In this document: piece after piece, positions 22,976-36,673 of the stretch | Numbering within the stretch: position 1 is the first letter of the stretch | Layout: each line of letters opens with the position of its first letter | Source: Lingula anatina | Taxonomy: Eukaryota; Animalia; Brachiopoda | Direction of reading: 5' to 3' | DNA length: 64,000 nt | Assembly (NCBI GenBank): GCA_051362555.1 | Contig: CM120643.1 | Coordinates: forward strand, 15,350,644 to 15,414,643 | Program-made: the position numbers and the translations under genes | The notes under the pieces: model-generated | Databases searched by the model: none | What the model saw: only the letters and a program-made list of their open reading frames with translations | What the model was told of the DNA's origin: nothing

Positions 22976-25030
22976 ATGGCGACCAGAAGCGAGACACAGC
23001 AACTTCGGAACAGGCGAAGTTCAAAGGATGCTTTATGGACACCTTCCCCTAATGATGAATGGGACCCTAATCTGCCGTATGGAGGTAAAGTCTACCTTGC
23101 GCGGAAGAAAAAGCCGGATCCGTTACACGTCAGACTGTTTGAGGTAAGTGCAGAGAAGTTGTTGACAAGTGCGCTTCACAATCACATGCAGTCTGTTATT
23201 GAAGCCGTGTATTCTAGGCTTCTAGCCTTACCAACCTTTATCAGGGGCTTAACAAAACTTAGAGCAATATGGGAAGGGCACACAGTAAGATGAAATGTCG
23301 GTGTTGCAAATAGGTCTATAGTTCTACTATTCATTTTAAATGACGTGTCATTATCTGATGCCATCGGTTAATTACTTTCTAGACCTTTTATTGATTATTA
23401 TTCCAGGGTAAAGAAAACTCGATACTGCATCGTTTGGCATGAATAATTAAAGGCTTAAGATTGATCACAGTATTGCATGTTAATATAGCCACTTTTTAAT
23501 GCAGCTGAAACTTTTTTTTTCTTCAGACATATATTACCAGGCACTGATTCAGTTTGCTGGGATGGTTTATTTCAAATTATTTCACCTTGTATACTTTGAT
23601 TCATCCAAAGTAAATTTTATTTCCATATTTTCTAGGGATTCATCATTCTCCTGGTGTTTGCGTTCTGTCTCTATGCATACTACTACTTTGATAACCTCCA
23701 TTTCCATGTGATTCACGGGTACGCTCACCTTGGCTATGAGCACGCACAACACTTGGTGGGACAGAGATATCTCTATGGTAAGACTAGTCTTTTATATGTG
23801 GTGTTTATATTGTTGTTGACATTTCAGTGAGGGAATAAATGTATTTCCTGGAAGTTTGTGGGTGAACTTCTGTGATTATCATATCTATTAGGAATTAATG
23901 TAAATGTTTTCATTTGATTTTGCAAGGTCAGTTTTCCTTGATTTCACTATCAAAAATAATTATTTTATGTATTTACAACTTATTATGACTTAGATCTACA
24001 ATCCTAAAAATTCATTGTATAAAACAATATTTGCAGGTTTTCATGTTATATTCATATTATTTCTATTAGAAATAAATATTACACTCTTTGCATTTTGATA
24101 TTATAATATAGCTTATTAAGACTTACAATCTTTAGAATTTATTGTATAAAATATGTGTGCTGTTTTCATGTTATATAAATATTGTTTCTATTAAAAATAA
24201 ATGTTACACACTTTGCGTTTCGAGACTACTTTTTTCTTCGCTTTCTCTGTCGGAAGTGGTAATTTCACTGATTACTTTTAAAATTCCAGGTCATGGTGTT
24301 GAAAAACATGAAGGCAAAGCAATGGAATGGTTTAAGTAAGCATTACAAATTGATTGATTATTGTAACTTGTGCTGTCAGGGAACTCTCACAATTACCACT
24401 CCAGCAGTCAACTTCTACATATATGTACCACTGCTCTCGCAATTGTTTTATGTTGGTTTAAAAGTACTGAAATATTAAGTCACAATTTGCAGCAATTTTT
24501 GTTAATTCTATTTATGTAAATGCTTTAGTAAAATGAGATGTAATTTAAAAAAAAAGGTAACTTTCTTTTTGCCCCCTCCGACTGAACAATTATATTGACA
24601 TACTCAGTTGTGCCTAATAACATGTCATACTTTATACGACCATTATCTGAGAACAGTAAAATATTTTAGTTAAACAAAGAGAAATTGATGTGATGGCCAG
24701 TTTCCCAATGCTGGTTCATTTTCTGACCTACTGCACTCACCAGGTTATCAGTACTTCATAGTGGAAGTCATAGTCAAACTATAGTCAACAAAATGAGAGC
24801 CAGCAGAGTAGAAGGCTCGTACCTGTAGTTTTATACCTTGAGTAGTGCCAGTGATCAGTAGTCACTGTATTTTCTATTTCCATTTGTCAGCTCCCAACAT
24901 TACTTTGTTTTCTATTTATGATTTAATATTGTATTTAATTGTATTTCAATACTATTCCTTTTATCAAGAACAGTATTTATCAGGATCCAGTAAATGTGAA
25001 AATTTAAAATAACCTTTTAGAACTCAATAA

Positions 25031-25063
<33 letters not shown>

Positions 25064-25958
25064 TTAGAAAAGCAGCAGATCAGGGACATCCTCATGCCTC
25101 CTACAATCTGGCAGTGGGCCACCTGAATGGGTTACACACATTACCCAGAGGGTAAGTTTGTGGTGATTGCTCTCCAAATTTGAACAAAATGGCAATAGAC
25201 CTTGAGTAGACTGACATAAAGACACTCACCTATGGTATACTGAATCTGGAATTCTCAGTATTATTTAACAACCATCAAACAAATGCAGCAGTGTCCAGTT
25301 TCATCAATACTGGATAGCACTATCCATTGGATAAAATTGTTATCATCTGGAGAATTATCCGGTGGGTGAGGTAATATTTACTAAACACTACATACTTTTT
25401 TTCTGTCTCTGATATTGCTTTCCAGTTGTTAAAAAAAGGCTACTATCCTCAGGATAACTTTCCAGAGGAGAGCAATTTTATCTGAAGGATATGTAGTGTT
25501 ATCCATATGATAGCATTATCCCGTATTGATGAAACTGGGCCCTGGACAGTTATCTTGTGGATAAAGTTATGTTTCCTAAATGCTAGACAAATATTTTTGT
25601 TTTCGATGTTGCTATCCAGTGGTTAAAAATGGCTGCCTTCTTCAGGACAACTTTCCATAGGATAACAATTTTATACAGTGGACAGCATTATCCATAGGAT
25701 AGCACTATCCAGTGTTGATGAAACTGGGCCCAGTATAATAGACTTATTGTATAATGGTCAGAAATAGCAAGTCTCAAAATGTGCATTATTTGTCAGGGAA
25801 ACGTATATTTATTATATTACTCTTTTGATTCCTGCAATCTGATGTCTTTATTCAATTCCAGTGAGGCCCACAGACTGGTCCAGCATGCAGCACAGAAAGG
25901 CGTCCCTGAGGCCCACCACGTCCTCAGCAATATATGCTCCAAGGGAGGGTGTGAATAA
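22976..25958 (+). CDS. Small single-pass membrane protein with Sel1-like repeats, His-rich, 178 aa, 5 exons
   Basis: Exons 22976-23143, 23636-23777, 24290-24335, 25068-25151, 25862-25958 (537 nt). The TM helix is GFIILLVFAFCLYAYYYF. Sel1 consensus is seen in AQHLVGQRYLYGHGVEKHEGKAMEWFKKAADQGHPHASYNLAVGHLNG...AAQKGVPEA. Confidence 0.85.
25289..25733. mobile_element. MITE with duplicated right half in intron 4 of the Sel1-repeat gene
   Basis: Left end CAGTGTCCAGTTTCATCAATACTGGATAG. Two right ends TTGATGAAACTGGGCCCWG finish at 25544 and 25733. The interior is built of GGATA..TATCC subrepeats. Confidence 0.7.
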
Positions 25959-27302
25959 GTATCAGCAGGCATTAAACAGAGGTCAGAGGGCTTAAATGGA
26001 GAACAAGGAACTTATGTTAATAGAGATCTGAATTGAAAAAGCATTACTAGAATTGTGTAACCAATTACAACTCTGCCAGTTGCAATATTACTGAAAATGA
26101 AAAACATTTCAATTAAATCTTTGGATAATTTTTCCTATTGGCATTGACTGAGATTATCCATCAGAATCCAACCATCTTTGTACTTAAATCCATCGCGGAA
26201 TCTAGCTTTTCAAATGATTACAAATAACTTTGGGCAAAAGTCGACCAGTAATGAAAAATGCAATTTCTTAGATCTGGGATGATTAATGTAAAATATTGGC
26301 ATGTTTGTACTTATCATGCACAAATCTCAAACTTGTCACCTGCTCCAATATTTTTTTAGGACTCATTGACATTCTGTACTTGATATACTCAAATATACAT
26401 GATCAGTTCAGCTCAAATGGGGAAAAACATGACAGGGTTGTATACAACCTGCCACACTCTCATTACATTTGTTCATGTGTTTATTACCACTCATTCAAGG
26501 AAAGTGTAATATTTGGTGTTGTTTTTTTTAAACAAATCTTCAGTTTTAAGCTTGCGTCCAAATCTCCCTATGTGTTAAGAGAGAACAGAGTTGTTTGCAA
26601 ATGTTTGTTTTGGTGCAGTTTTAAAGATTGTATCATTTTGATAACTGCTATTCTACAGTAGACCTTACATACATTGTATTAATTGGGACCAACTATTATT
26701 GTCCATAATATGCAGTCTGATTTTACATGCATACTGTTCTGTCATAAGACAGGGGCAGAACATTATAATAGGGGAGTGTCTGGTTGATGTGTGGCCATTA
26801 CAATAATATTATGCAAGATCTGCTGTTACATGGATTTAATTTTATCAACTGGTAGCATTTATTATTTAATTAAAGTGTTGTTTAAGGATTTCAATAATTG
26901 TTAACCTCATAAGAATGTTTATTTTGTGGAATTTATACTAGTCTGTCCATCTCATGGATAAAGAAAAGAATCTCATTTTTGTTTGTGGGTTAGTGCAAGT
27001 TTAACATGTTTTATGTTTATTGTATTACTAATAAGATGATTGTGCATTTTATTTAAGGTATTTTATAAGATCTTTTTTTGTAATACTCACATTCCGTCCG
27101 ACTTGCATGAAAAGTACCCCAAGTTGCAGAGGTTACTAAGGGTTGTGAAAAAGAGAACCAAAGAAACTGCAAAAGGCTGCTGAAATTCTCCACTCCGTTA
27201 TTGCATCTTTGCTTCATCGTACTGTGTTAAATAATTACACTTTATTTTTGTTTATCAATAACTGTAAATCAATCAGTGTGCATATTGTCAAGTCAGGCAA
27301 GA

Positions 27303-27338
27303 AATAAATGTGTTCACTGTATAAAAATTGAATTTATT
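27303..27338. terminator. Candidate opposed polyadenylation signals of the Sel1-repeat gene (+) and CTNNBL1 (-)
   Basis: AATAAA on + at 27303-27308 and AATAAA on - at 27333-27338, between the convergent stop codons. Other candidate hexamers exist. Confidence 0.35.
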
Positions 27339-28145
27339 GACATTTTTACATTCCACTCTTAGCAGAATTACCAAAGCTTAATTGGTATTTTTCTGAACTT
27401 TCTTTTGTTTTTCTCTGTAGGAATACACGTTGTTCCATAGACAGCTTACTATGCAATTTATCCATTTTTTTTTTTTTTTTTTTTTTTTTTGAAGGAAGAT
27501 TCTTTTTCATTAAAAATTAATGGTTACGTAATTCAGTATCTCCGCCCATAATTATGAGAAGCACATCATGCAATGCTCAAGTCTGATATCTTTCTCCCTC
27601 CCTGTCCAAAAAATCCAATAGAAAAGTTCAATAAGTATTCTATAGTATAATGGATAGTATACATTAGAGTATAATGTATTCAGCCTTTTCGTCCTTGATA
27701 TGTGGCATAACAGCTCAGAACCTATCAAGACTGAAAATGAAATGTTCAGGATCTGACAGGAAATTCTCAGTGAAGGCCATACCACAGGCTAAGTTAACTG
27801 CAGTAGGAGGGGCTGTCTCTATTGATCCACTACCTGTCAGGCTTTGTCATCTGGACACAGTACACCATGGACTACACTTTCTAACCATAGGAGCCATTCC
27901 CATCCCTATGCTGGCTCACTGACACTATTATTAGACGCAATTTATTTCCAGCATACTGTGATTTTGCTATCCTTTCCTAACATTTGGAATTTACCTTGTT
28001 CTTGACAATACCAATCAATGCAAGACAGTCATGCCTGTACTTCATGTTATATTCTTTGTCATCAACGACATTACCTTTCACATATATAATCCCCTTCACT
28101 TATGTTGAAATTCACATATCCTCTTTACATGTTGTTTTCTTCCCT

Positions 28146-31100
28146 TCAAAATTTGCTGACCAGATCGAGAATTTTGGACTGCTCTGCTTCTTTGGCTTCA
28201 GGATTCTTTGCATCCCCAATGTTTCCCGCATACTCTAAAATGTCAAAATAAGGAGCTTTAAAAATCTCCTTTTAGACTACATAAGAGTCAAAATTTATCA
28301 AATTTATTTTTCCAATGAACTGTTTGTCCACTATATCTTATAAAAAGTTTGAACTGATTTGACATTCAACTGCTATGAAGTAATTTTTTTGATAAATGAA
28401 ACTTTCATCCAATCATTACATGAAATCTTACAGATGAAATGTTTTCTTTTTTATTTCATCCTAAAGACACACAATTAGTGCTCAACTTACAAAAAAAAAA
28501 AAAAAATTATATATATATATACTTCCGAAATGTCAACACCATTTCCTTAATCACTAAGGCATACCATATCTAAGATTGTTCACAAAGTATGCCCTGACTT
28601 CAAGTTCCCCAAGTTTTTACTTCTCAGTAATGGAGATGGAAACAATGGAATATCATCTGGACCATGATGGTAAATTTATAAGTCAAAATGGGTACGTGGA
28701 TTGTGAATGGATATTCTTTGATTTTCCAGTGACACATGAGTGAGGGGAAAAGGGTTGAAAAATAATTATTTGAATATGTATGTGCCTAATGCCCTTCACA
28801 TGCTTATAATATATGATGGTCTTACCCCTCATAACACTCTTAATGGTCTTCACTGATCCTCCTCGTAAGTTCAATATCTGCATGACACGCTGCTTTACCT
28901 GAGAATAAAGAGGCATCTCTGTGAAAAAAGTTAGAAAACCTCCCAGTTGAAATATAGCAATGACAACTAAAATCCCCACGATTATGATCAAACAAACTCT
29001 AAAAATCAAAATTTTCTAGTATGTCAAATCTACTAGTCAGCTGCTCTGGACTGGTGGCTAATGAATGCGTACACCTACAGATGACACTCCAGTATCACAT
29101 ATCTCACACTTACAGATGACACTCCCATAACACATATCTCACACTTACAGATGACACTCCCATAACACATATCTCACATTTACAGATGACACTCCCATAA
29201 CACATATCTAACACTTACAGATGGCACTCCCATAACACATCTCACACTTACAGATGGCACTCCCATAACACTTATCTCACACTTACAGATGGCACTCCAG
29301 TAACACATATCTCACACTTACAGATGGCACTCCAGTAACACATATCTCCAGCATGATAAAATCAACCAGTTGCAGTGTAAAGAGGCCAGCATCCAGACGT
29401 CTGAGGTAAAACTGATCCTCCATATCATCATCAATATCACCACCAAAGAATTTCAGGTCCTTTAAAACAGACAAAGAGATTTGAATGACATAGTGTTATA
29501 TCTGATATAAATTGATTTTCTTTTGTGTACATCCTACCTTTCTATATTTTCTCTCATTTTCATTTCATTCCTCCACTGTGTGTTTATAATTAACAATTCA
29601 GTAAGAAATAAACTAATCATATAGAGGTTTTGTTTGCAAATTTAACAATGAAATATCACATCGTGAAAATCTGTAGATATCTTTATTTTCTCATAAAAAA
29701 TATTCAAACAGTGCCTAAAAGCAATTTGGAATGAATTAATGAGCAATATTCATTGTTTTTAAAGTATAAATACTTATTTAGTATTCATTTCAATAACATA
29801 AGAATTAGGAAAATGAGCATTTTAGGATATTTCCTACAATTAGACCCAATATTTGATATTAGTGTTACAGTAGTTAACCTTTTCACCTAAGTAAAAAGAT
29901 ATAGTCATAAAACAAACTCACATTTTTCTCTTTCTCAATCTGCAGGTCCACTTGCCGTACTTTTTCCAGGTACTTAAAGTGGAGTTCCATTAATCTATCA
30001 ACCTGGGAGAAAAAAATAAATTCTGTAAATAACAATAACTGCATAACAAGCAAAATAAAAATTAATGAATAAATAAATTAAATTCACAATAAACTATGCT
30101 ACCAATAAATACAATAATTTCTCTAACTGCTAAAGATAATCAAATTTGTGTAGAGAAAACAAATTTAAAACATTTGGTCATATTTCATCCAGTCATTGCC
30201 ACTGTGATAACAGGAATTCTTTAGGTCACAACAAAAATCTAATCGCATGATCCCAGCAAAAAACCAGTAACTTCTCAATTTCCATGACACCTTCAAAGAT
30301 GAAATATTTGATAGTATTATATTTACTTTTTCATGGTCATTTTCTGTAAATTTGTTGAGCAGCCTCTGGCGCTGGGTTCCGGTGCAGTTCTTTAGTAAGG
30401 AGCCAATGATGGAACAGATGTGTTCTGAAAAATGACATAACTGTTGCTGTCAGACAGATTTATAAAAAAAAAAAAAATACACACACACACACACACACAC
30501 ACACTTCTGGCACGTATATCAAACTTGCTTTACAAAAACTTTGACATCTTCTCTCTCTGGTATAACTAATCAACCACAGTTATTTCATTTGAAAATCAAT
30601 TTTGTTTGATTTTTGTGCATGCTATAAATACTGAAGAAATGGACCTCTGGGAATTTTTGTCATCCATCAAAAAAAAACTTACATTAGTGGATGATGTGAA
30701 AGGCTGACTACTAAATACCTTAGTCAATGGTTTATAATTGAATTTTGATAGCAAAATAAGTCAAGTACAACTCCTCAGACATAAAGCTCCAAGACTCACC
30801 TTCTAATTCCTCGGGTCCCGGGCCTCTCTTGTTTGCCTTTGGAGTCTTCATGAAAACTGGGAAAACACTCCTCAGTCCTAGAATATCTATAAATTTTTGG
30901 CAGTTGTCCACCCCTTCCTGCCCTGTCATGGCATGATCTAGGACCTTAATGGCACTGTTTCTGGACATTTTCTTCTCTCTGGGGATAAAGAGTTAGCTCA
31001 ATATCAAACTTACTAAAGCTGACTCTGCAATTCTGTATTTATCAGCATTTAAGAGCAACTAGTCAACAATAAATGTGGTTCACAAAACCAAAATGTAGTA

Positions 31101-32215
31101 CTGTGATCAATAACTGTCAATAAATATCGTTGTAAAAACAGTCACATCTGCTCTAGAGGCTTTAATTTACTTCAAACAATGTAAAAATAACTTAAGTGCC
31201 CTTTAAAATTCTTTATAAAGCATAACTTGTTCAACTAAAATTCTTCATTCTTTACTAAGACTGATTCTCTATTTTTAATTTGGCAATTTTTGAAATTGGT
31301 CAAAAAAAAAAAAAAAAAAACCTTTAGCAGGACTCACCTTAACATGAGGTTCATCAGCTGCAGTCCTTCACCTTTGAGAAACCTGTCCCTATTGGAGGGC
31401 AGCATGAGAGCCGCACACAGACTGTTGAAGAGGTTTTCCATGTACTCTCCCTCCTCTCCACTGCTTGGATCATGCCTTTTGTAAACCTGTACACACAGAT
31501 AGTAGTTACTGAAGAGTTTCTAGGTGAGGTTATGTTTATATATTTTTCCTTTTATAACCTCTTACCTGATTTTAAAACAATTCCAGGAAGATGAGTTTAG
31601 ATCCTCATCTCCCAGCTGTACTTTCAGAAATAGAATAAATAGAATAAATATTAAAATAGTAAGAATATCTTATTGAAGGTTAACAGCAACCATTATTATT
31701 AGCAGAATTATTTAAAACCACTGTAATTTATTAAATGTAGAATATTTATTTTGTAATTAGTAATTTTTTTATATGTCCAAATTTCATTTTTTACTTGCCA
31801 TAAAGGAAAACTAAAACTATAAGCTTTGTGCGAGTTGGAAAAAACTAAGTCAATTGTGACTACTAATTTTAACTAAATTTTGTGACTTGCTGTCATAATT
31901 TTACAATTATTCAAAATGGCACAAGGGTATGCACAAATTAACTATCCAAGTTATAAAAATAATCCTGGACATTTCTTTAAATTTACCGCTAACTGCTGAA
32001 GTAAAACATCAATGCCATCCATCTCTCCTAAAAGTTCCTGATTTTCTGAAAAAGGAAAAAAATATGCAGATTAGTCCATTTACTTTTTATTTACAGTCCA
32101 AAATATACTCCTTTAAACATTTCAGTTTTTATCAAAAACTAAAACCCATCTCATTACTTTTAACTCTTTCTATTACACTGATTTGAAGAAAGTATAACAG
32201 TTTATTTTTTCCTGT

Positions 32216-32248
<33 letters not shown>

Positions 32249-35200
32249 TTTTGTCTTCATAACATTATACTCACCATCATGATTCTGTAAAAGAATAGCT
32301 AAAATCTCACTGCAGTATAATTTATTGCCTTCAAATGGAATTTTTGCCTGAAAGAAAAAAACAGCTTTTTTTTTTCAACTACATCTTAATGTTATAAAAC
32401 ATCAACTTTTTTAATGTCATTCTGTAATGAAATTTGGCCTTTATCCAAGAAACAACAAAAGACTGCTAGTTTCTATTTCTTTTATAAAAGAAAAATAATT
32501 CACAAATTCAAGTTTCTGGGTAAAAATTGAATAGCAAAAATATGTCTATATCTGAACTCTTCCATCATTTCTTCTGTCTAACTTTTAACTCCACATAATA
32601 TTTTGAGAGATTAGCTGAAGATATTTACTTTCATGTCCCACCCAACTTTGATAGGAGTGTCTGAAGAATATTTTACATTCTGTCAGTGTCTGTTAAAAAA
32701 TGAAAAAGTATTACACTGACCCTACCTTTAATCTTTTTAATAACCATTGCATCAGTCCTTGCTTAGCGGCATCAGGACACACCTCTGGCCTGAACTCTGT
32801 GATATTTTCTATAATTCCTTCATAATAATAGATGGAAATATACACTTCAAGTTAATAATCAAAAGCCAAATTACTGGCATCCAAAATAATGTTAAATAAT
32901 ACAGACTACTGAGACTAGTATATTAATATAGAAATCATGCACATAATGTTAAGCCAATATGTTGTCCAATGTAAATAGCACAGAAATTGGTTCAAAGAAC
33001 TACTTCTAATAATGTAGTTTAAATTAGAGAAAGTGACTCACTTTTGAAATTTGAAACTTTTGAGACAAAATTATTCATCACTTGTACCCACAGATAGTTT
33101 ACAACTGTTACAGTTACTATCTCTGTTTAATCACACCCAGCAGCACTGTTATTTAAAAATAAAACATTTTCTTTTGTTAACACCTACCTAATGTATTGTG
33201 TACACCCTCAGATTCTTCTTTATTTGATTCATCTAACCTTTCCAGATTTTGAACTAATACTGCAACAATTTGTCCTTCAAGCTGAAAGTGTCACAACAGT
33301 AATATTATATAATAAGTTCACTAAAAAAACTGTAAATCTTAAACTTTTAACCTTTTTCAATATTAATCAGTCTGAATCAATCACAAATTAAATATTCTAA
33401 AAATAATGAATCAAACATCTGACCTTATTTTGTTCAAAATAAGTGAAAAATGACCATAACATGAAAATTTTGAAAATAAATTAACAAACAATCCAAAGCA
33501 CATTCATGTATATTTTGTACTTAGTTGCCCAAATTTTTTCAGCCATTGGTGAAAATTATCATGGGTAAGCTGTGCTCACATCAGGAATAACTTAGACTTA
33601 AACTTTGTTAACAGTAGTTGCAAAAGAGACTTCACCGCCTACACAATTTGGGGCACAATTTGGGGCGGATTTAATTAAGCTGTTGTTAGTTGTAAAATGC
33701 CTATTATTTTTTCATTTGCTGAAGATACTTTACCAGTAATCTGAAACACAGAATCCACACCAGCAGTCATAAAATAGACCCCTGGTTGTGGCAAATGGAC
33801 CATTTTCGATCCAAATTTGCCCCTGTGTGAACACATCCATACTTACCAGGGCATCAACTAAAGCTTCGGCACCCTCCTCACTTTCATTTAATGTGTCGAC
33901 GTCTGTGAGTTCCTGGAGAAGATCTACCACTGCTATGCTTATATCTGCAAGAATAATGAGGTACATAACAAAATATGTTCATCACTAGCTAAACCTGAAC
34001 AAAAATCACTCCATATCATAAAACTTTGGTTTGTTACTAAAATGGGGCAATGGTGTTTCGAAAAAGAATATAGTATTCTCTTCCTGCTACTGACATCTGT
34101 TCATATATACATATAAATTAATAAATATGTTTACTGTGATTTTCTACCTGTATTTTCATGTGAAAGTAGCTGTAGTAGTGACTGGATAGCATTCATTTCT
34201 ACTAAGATGTAGTACAAGTCTGGGGCGGTGGCTATTACATGCATCTCATGAATCATGTCATTCATCTCGAGTTCCGACTCCATAAACCTGAAATTAATGC
34301 AGGCATTAAATGTAATTAGCAAATATGTAACAAAATAATAAAGCAATTAATATTTTTAGAAATTACACGTGATGCATAACTGTGACATAAATTTTATCTG
34401 GCATAATGTGCTGCATTGATACTGATGGTCCTGATACTTCTAAGCATACAAGCTATTGTCTCTTTCTTCCAAACTGAACTAGAATATATATTTTACTTCA
34501 ATACAGAATATGATGAAAACTGCAAGTTAAAACTGCTGGCATCCTGCTTAAAGTATGAAAATTACATGCCTCTTCAGATGTTACTAAAAATTCATAATTT
34601 AAAGATTAAAGCTATTTTGACATCTATTTATCATCATTTTAAAAACATTGCTTTCTTTTGCCCACTTCTGTCACCAGAGTCTTACTTTTCAGGAAGATCT
34701 GGGAACTTTATTCTCATCTCCTGGTTCTTGTAGGCTTTCTTCTCAAACTGTAGAATCATCTTCTTCAAAGTTGTCTCATCCATGGGAGGGGCCTGCAACA
34801 AAAAATGTACATAATTACATAAGGATAAATATGAAGAGTAAGTTCAAATCACATGCCATATTTACTGTCAAATTTCAAGCCCACTTTTTTAAAATCACTG
34901 TATCTTTACAGGATTTCTTATACTTTCAGTAACTGACAAAAACAGTATTACTTTCCTACATCCAACTCACTTAACAGAACTGATAAATTTTCTGTTCCAA
35001 TATTACTTTCAAGGAACTTCTTTGGAAATTTTAACTTCTAGTTCCTAATCTTACATGTAGTGCTGGAGTGCATTTATAATTTAACCAAAAAACTCCAAAT
35101 TTATTTACAAACAAACTAAAATGACTGTTCTGCATGTTGACAATTTTTCATTAAAGAATAATCTACCTCTGGTTCCTCTTCGACCATCTTCAGAATTTTT

Positions 35201-35835
35201 TCTCGCTCATCTTCTGAAATTCTTGGCGTTGATTGGTTGGTTATCACAGGCTGTTTTTTTCTCGACTTCGTTCTTCCTCGATCTTCATCCTCATTTTTAC
35301 GTTTCAGAGTACCCAGCGCAGGTTTTTCTGGCTGCATTTACCAAAGATATAAATTTCAGATTTGTGTATCTTTTTCCTGATTTATATACTGTTCACACAA
35401 AATGACAAATGTTGTTAAGTATACAATGGATTTTTATGTAGGGAATACACTTTTAGTCAATATTCAAAATATGAATCATAATAAACAAACATCAAAATGA
35501 CTACCAATAAATTTCCCCCAAAGTCGCTAAAGAAAAAGGATGAGAAAAGGAACAGAGAATGATCTTAAAATTTATTACGGGGGCATAAACATGACACTTG
35601 CAGCATTTGGCTACCCCCCCCCCCCCCCCCCTCCCACAACAGGTCGGGGTTTAGTGTATTTCTAGTTGCTAAGTGGCAAAGTAGGCAAAAATAAAACAGC
35701 TGTCGAAAATTGAAGCAAATATAGACAGTCACTGGCATTAATGAAAAGTTTCAAAGACATGGAAGATATCAGTGGGTCGGAATCACTGCGAACAGGCCAC
35801 ACTACCTGAAAGGACAAAAGCTCGCCGACGTCCAT
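28146..35835 (-). CDS. CTNNBL1: Beta-catenin-like protein 1 (PRP19/CDC5L spliceosome complex), 554 aa, 16 exons
   Basis: Exons (5' to 3') 35835-35806, 35331-35167, 34792-34686, 34287-34148, 33944-33847, 33281-33188, 32817-32726, 32347-32275, 32045-31987, 31486-31338, 30978-30800, 30424-30327, 30002-29922, 29459-29322, 28898-28826, 28234-28146 total 1665 nt in frame. Diagnostic peptides: MDVGELLSFQP, KNQEMRIKFPD, FMESELE, DISIAVVDLLQELTD, FLKGEGLQLMNLMLREKK, KFTENDHEKVDRLMELHFKY, FYLRRLDAGLFTLQ. Confidence 0.97.
29072..29349 (-). repeat. 35-bp minisatellite (8 copies) spanning the CTNNBL1 exon 14/intron 14 junction
   Basis: Unit on the minus strand is GAGATATGTGTTACTGGAGTGCCATCT|GTAAGTGT. The first copy is the real exon end. 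Confidence 0.92.
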
Positions 35836-36285
35836 GTTGGATTTCGCGCTCAATTCACCCTTTTGCGCATTATTTTGCGCATGGCAATAAAAATACTAAA
35901 CTCCTATGGATTTGTGTATATTTGGGTATCTGTGGACAGTCTGTGGATTTTTTTAGTTGGCAGAGGATGTGGGGGTGCAGTATGAAAGAACGTGGTAGTA
36001 AATCCTCATTGATAAATTGAAATATTCCTCCTCGGCTAAATCCGCTCTTCTTCGAGAACTTTCGTGTCAATGATCACATGCAGTCTTTCATCCAATCAAG
36101 AAAAAGACATGGCGAACACTGGAGATTGATGCATACTGCAGTGTGGGTTTTCCTTATTATTCGCGATCCTGTGTTAACTTGAGATCTAATCAAGCCGGAC
36201 ATTGTCATTTACTGATCCTGACGACTTGAGAATCAAATGCAGTTATCTTAAATTTCAGTTGTCGTCCCAGGGAGTTGTTGCCAAG
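35836..36285. promoter_or_regulatory. Bidirectional promoter region CTNNBL1 / ZC3H18, including the probable non-coding first exon of ZC3H18
   Basis: The divergent start codons are 839 bp apart and the region is locally CpG-richer. It has CCAAT at 36092, ACATGGCG at 36107 and E2F-like TTTCGCGC at 35842. A donor-like CAAG|GTATAT at 36286 could pair with an acceptor at 36665, just upstream of ATG 36674. Confidence 0.6.
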
Positions 36286-36673
36286 GTATATTATTGAAGA
36301 TGGGTATCTAATCCATTGTATTTTTTCATCATTTGTAGTCTTCTAATGTTCATGATAAGTTAATTAAGTATTATTGACGATTTGTATAGGGCAGTTGATT
36401 TCTTTTACTGCTTATATAAAGTTGATTTTGAAATTCTAGTCATTACTTAATTGGATACATTGGACGAGAGTGATGCAAGAACGAACAAGGTCTTGGTTCT
36501 GACTTTTTAGGTTTCATTTTATTTTTGTTGACCTGGACTCTTTCAGTCAGTCAGGAGATGATGTCACAGGAAAAGGGTTTGGCAAGTTTAATCCATTTGC
36601 TTATTTTAAACATTTTTGTTAAAAAAAAACGAATATGTAACTTTATTATTGTTGTTCATCCTTAGACTGTAGC

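Noticed and set aside
29072-29349. CRISPR-like array (35-bp periodicity)
   Set aside because: The units are head-to-tail with no unique spacers, derive from a eukaryotic exon-intron junction, and have no cas genes.
35836-35853. MSAKSN extension of CTNNBL1 in the ORF track
   Set aside because: It starts at a non-ATG codon; MDVGELL matches the conserved N-terminus.
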